64,000 nt of DNA from positions 1 to 64,000 of the IMG/VR virus record IMGVR_UViG_3300037067_022526, one strand, 5' to 3'. Position numbers and translations under genes: made by a program. Position 1 is the first letter of the stretch. Every line of letters starts with the position of its first letter. This stretch comes from a virus (Duplodnaviria > Caudoviricetes). Shown here one piece after another: positions 60,777 to 64,000 of this stretch. The notes under the pieces were generated by a model. The model had not been told where the DNA came from and did no database searches. It saw nothing but the letters and a program-made list of their open reading frames with translations.

Positions 60777-61646
60777 ATGTTAGACAAGACAAAACTTACT
60801 AATGCCCAGAAAGAGGCAATCATAGCCCAGGCATTGAACACTGACGAGGGTAGAGTTGCTCTAGCGCAAGCTATGGTCGAGCCTATTCGTCGGTCCCTGG
60901 AATACCAGGCGGTAGGACGCAAGCTCCTGTTGGTAGACGAGCTACCCCAGGGTGCTTTGGCCCGTTACGAGCGCGACGTGAGCGCAATTGGCCATATAGT
61001 TGCTCGCCGTGGTGCTGTGCCCGATCAGATTCAGGAAGGTGAAGAAATTCTCGTTCCGACATTCGAAATCGCTGCAAATCCACAGGTTCGTTTGTCTGAG
61101 ATTAAGGCTCGCCGGTTTTACATTGTAGACAGAGCCCAGATCAAAGCCAAAGAAGCAATCCAGAAAGAGGAAGATGCGAACATCTTCTCGGCTCTAATTG
61201 CTGCTGTGGATACCCGTGGTGATCAGATTGTGACCAACTTTGGTTCGCTATCTCCTGCTTCACTTAATACTGCTTTCCGCTTTATTGAGCAGCACGACCT
61301 AGTTGCAACCAAGATCGTCGTTCATGCCAACCAGTATGCGGGTATCCGTGTATTTGGCAAGGACTTCTATGACGAAGCAAGCACTCGCGAGATTCTCACC
61401 AGTGGTTTGTTCGGTCACTTGTGGACGGCAGATATCCACGTTTCAAGCAAAATGGATCCTGATGTAGTGTTGGTAGTAGCATCTCCTGACACAGTCGGGG
61501 CTTTTCCAATTCGCCAGGATATAACAGTTTTGCCTGCAGACGATCCAAAGAAATTGCGGCTCGGCTGGGTTATTTATGAGGAAGTAGGAATTGTGGTAGT
61601 CAACGACTACGCAGTGAGCAAGATCGAAGTTGGTCTAGCTACCTAA
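60777..61646 (+). CDS. major capsid protein (short HK97 fold)
   Basis: ALAQAMVEPIRRSLEYQAVGRKLLLVDELPQGA...PTFEIAANP...GWVIYEEVG; strong RBS; followed by a terminator. Confidence 0.85.
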   Translation: MLDKTKLTNAQKEAIIAQALNTDEGRVALAQAMVEPIRRSLEYQAVGRKLLLVDELPQGALARYERDVSAIGHIVARRGAVPDQIQEGEEILVPTFEIAANPQVRLSEIKARRFYIVDRAQIKAKEAIQKEEDANIFSALIAAVDTRGDQIVTNFGSLSPASLNTAFRFIEQHDLVATKIVVHANQYAGIRVFGKDFYDEASTREILTSGLFGHLWTADIHVSSKMDPDVVLVVASPDTVGAFPIRQDITVLPADDPKKLRLGWVIYEEVGIVVVNDYAVSKIEVGLAT

Positions 61647-61681
61647 TCCTAACCTAACGTAGTCAGTAATAAGTAGTTATG

Positions 61682-61724
61682 AAGGGTGTAGCATTTTAAA
61701 GGGTGCTACACCCTTTTATTTTTT
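61682..61724 (+). terminator. Rho-independent terminator
   Basis: AAGGGTGTAGCA/TGCTACACCCTT stem and T-tract. Confidence 0.9.
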
Positions 61725-61834
61725 CAAAATTATTTCTTCATAGATGATATTACCTTGTATAATGTATTATGAAGCAGTGCTAAAATGTATATACATTGGC
61801 ATTTGCTGGTATTGTATATACAATTGGAGATAGT

Positions 61835-63700
61835 ATGGCGGAAAGAAAAATATTTAATTTCAAATCAGAGATGCTCGTAGACCTGACTATTAAAAATGAG
61901 GGATATCATCCTGATACATTTGGCAGGACTTCGAATAAGTTTATATGGGCTACTTGTAGATTTTGCGGAGAACCATCTCGTATACGCAAGGGGCATTTTA
62001 TTAAGAAAGGTTCAGCTTGCCATAAAGAATGCCGATTCAAAGAACAAAGCATTTCAGGATCACCCTTTGCCGATCCAGAAGTCAAAGAAAAAACTCGACA
62101 AACCAACCTTGCTAGATATGGTGTGGAACATGCCAGCCAGAATAAAGAAATAGCCAAGAGGATATCTCAAAGCCGTATGACTGAAGAAAGTAAAGCCAAA
62201 TCTGCAAACACTAATTTGGATAGATATGGTGTTGTGAATCCCTTTCAATCAGAAGAAATCAAAGAAAAATGCAAACAAACCAACCTAGAGAAATATGGCA
62301 CAGAGCATGCCATGCAAAGCGATGAGATCAAAAAGAAAACCATTGAAACTCTGAAATCTAAGTATGGTGTTGACAATTTAGCCAGTATTCCGGGAGCGAA
62401 AGATAAAAAAATACTAACCAATATGGAACGATATGGTTGTGAAAACCCGATGCAGAGTGAAGAGATAAAGAGCAAAACAAAAGATACAAATATTAGCAAA
62501 TACGGTGTATCGAATCCAATGCAAAATGAATCAATACGACAGAAAGCCTACGAGACCAATATTGAAAAATACGGATATCCACATGCTCTACAAAACAAAG
62601 ACATTATGGCATCTGCGACCGCGTCATTCAAAAAATCAGTCATTGCAAACGAAAGCGGAAAATTTAATCTATCTAATGCTCTTCGAGGCAATAAATTCTG
62701 GGAAGCCATGAAAGAAGGAAAATCCATAAAACAACTATGCGAAGAATTTGATTTACAAGCCAATAGTTTAGGTGCTCGGCTTCTTAATCCTGAATTTGCT
62801 CAGCTTTATTATAACACTTATACCTTTCCCAAAAATCAAATGCAACGAGATGTGATGAATGAAATTCAGAAATATCCGATTACTATTATTTTTAATGATC
62901 ATAGAACAATTAAACCATTTGAGTTAGATATTTATTTTCCAGATAATAATTTTGCAATAGAATTTAATGGTAATTTCTGGCATTCTGAAGCATATCTATC
63001 ACAAGATAAAGCGAAAACTAAACATATAAATAAAACCAGACTATGTCAGGAAAAAGGCGTTCGTCTTTTTCATATTTTTGAACATCAATGGATTAAACGT
63101 AGATTTCAAATACTTAATTTCATTAAAACTATTTTAGGTGTTAATTCTATTAAAATAGCAGCTCGTAAATGTACTATAACAGAAGATATGTGCAAGAAAT
63201 TTTATGACGATAATCACATACAAAGTTGGGGTAAAAGAACTATCAAATGTTTTAACCTTGTTTATAATAATGAGATAGTTGCAAGTATGTCTGCTGCCTC
63301 TCATCATCGTCAGAATGTTGATAAGAATGCCATAGTTCTTAATAGGTTATGTTTTAAAGACGGCGTTAATGTTCAGGGTGGATCAACTAAACTATTTAAA
63401 CATTTCATTGACTGGGCCAAATCTGAGGGCTATAATAAAATTATTTCATGGTCTGACAACTGCTGGACCGATGGTGGTATATATAAAGTTCTGGGATTTA
63501 CGTTAGAAGAAGAATATGGTCCCGATTACTTTTATTGGGATAATAAAAACAGAATTACCAGATCTAAACAGAGTCAACAGAAGAAGAAAACCGGTTGTCC
63601 AGAAGATATGACCGAACGAGAATGGTGCATCCAAAATAATTTATATCGCGTTTGGAACTGCGGTAAAAAGAAATGGATCTTTAATCTTGTGGAGAAATGA
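61835..63700 (+). CDS. homing-endonuclease-like protein: TN...KYG repeats, PD-(D/E)xK domain, GNAT-like C-terminus
   Basis: about 7 T.L.[KR]YG..N..Q repeats; ELDIYFP...IEFNGNFWHS; GGSTKL...IISWSD...G.IY..LGF. Confidence 0.75.
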   Translation: MAERKIFNFKSEMLVDLTIKNEGYHPDTFGRTSNKFIWATCRFCGEPSRIRKGHFIKKGSACHKECRFKEQSISGSPFADPEVKEKTRQTNLARYGVEHASQNKEIAKRISQSRMTEESKAKSANTNLDRYGVVNPFQSEEIKEKCKQTNLEKYGTEHAMQSDEIKKKTIETLKSKYGVDNLASIPGAKDKKILTNMERYGCENPMQSEEIKSKTKDTNISKYGVSNPMQNESIRQKAYETNIEKYGYPHALQNKDIMASATASFKKSVIANESGKFNLSNALRGNKFWEAMKEGKSIKQLCEEFDLQANSLGARLLNPEFAQLYYNTYTFPKNQMQRDVMNEIQKYPITIIFNDHRTIKPFELDIYFPDNNFAIEFNGNFWHSEAYLSQDKAKTKHINKTRLCQEKGVRLFHIFEHQWIKRRFQILNFIKTILGVNSIKIAARKCTITEDMCKKFYDDNHIQSWGKRTIKCFNLVYNNEIVASMSAASHHRQNVDKNAIVLNRLCFKDGVNVQGGSTKLFKHFIDWAKSEGYNKIISWSDNCWTDGGIYKVLGFTLEEEYGPDYFYWDNKNRITRSKQSQQKKKTGCPEDMTEREWCIQNNLYRVWNCGKKKWIFNLVEK

Positions 63701-64000
63701 TGCGAAAAAATTCATCAATAATTTTAAGAATTAGCCAAGAAGATAACTTGCTATTAGATGTTAAATCTAAAATACTTAAAACTAATAAGTCCCAACTGTT
63801 GTTAAATGGGGCATTTAATTATTGGAATGGTAGCGATAAAGAGTGGTCAGATAAGTTGCTTAAACTATACCAAGAGAGTGATACAAATAAATCCCACATA
63901 GTTAATATGGTATTCGCATACTATCGCAGAACAGGGTATCCTCACCGCAAATTATCTAATCAGGATATGATTAAAATTATGCACACTTTATCTTCCACTA
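63697..64000 (+). CDS. partial ORF, possible N-terminal ribbon-helix-helix domain
   Basis: GGAG RBS, ATGA overlap; IILRISQED...NKSQLL; open to the window end. Confidence 0.55.
   Translation, partial: MMRKNSSIILRISQEDNLLLDVKSKILKTNKSQLLLNGAFNYWNGSDKEWSDKLLKLYQESDTNKSHIVNMVFAYYRRTGYPHRKLSNQDMIKIMHTLSST

Noticed and set aside
1-64000. CRISPR array, diversity-generating retroelement, stop-codon recoding, integrase/att site
   Set aside because: No spaced direct repeats, reverse transcriptase or integrase seen; genes tile densely under code 11 using all three stop codons.

Overview
AT-rich segment of a large tailed dsDNA phage (jumbo-phage-like) read in standard code 11. Left part (1-20 kb): the 5' portion of a signal-peptide-bearing Rhs/YD-repeat gene missed by the ORF track, an N4C-type DNA methyltransferase, a very GC-rich gltX island, Pth2, four tRNAs (Ile-UAU, Phe, 2x Lys), NUDIX, HNH, peptide deformylase, class II RNR, and a dUTPase fractured into two genes by a split intein with a Vsr-like endonuclease gene between them. 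Right part (22-62 kb): head module with terminase (1 intein), about 15 probable internal-head genes sharing recurrent K-x-A and FNL motifs, a portal gene with six inteins and a C-terminal DUF559/Vsr-like domain, a prohead protease with an Ala-start mini-intein, a 1796-aa scaffold-like protein, a decoration protein and a short HK97-fold MCP. Three members of one IS200/IS605 IsrB-omegaRNA family are present (full, internally deleted, 99-bp ends-only). Two sit exactly at host stop codons and replace them without changing the protein. Best candidates for new biology: the six-intein portal, the fractured dUTPase, stop-codon-preserving OMEGA insertions, and a motif-defined head-cargo system. All family calls are from motif recognition only; no database searches were run.
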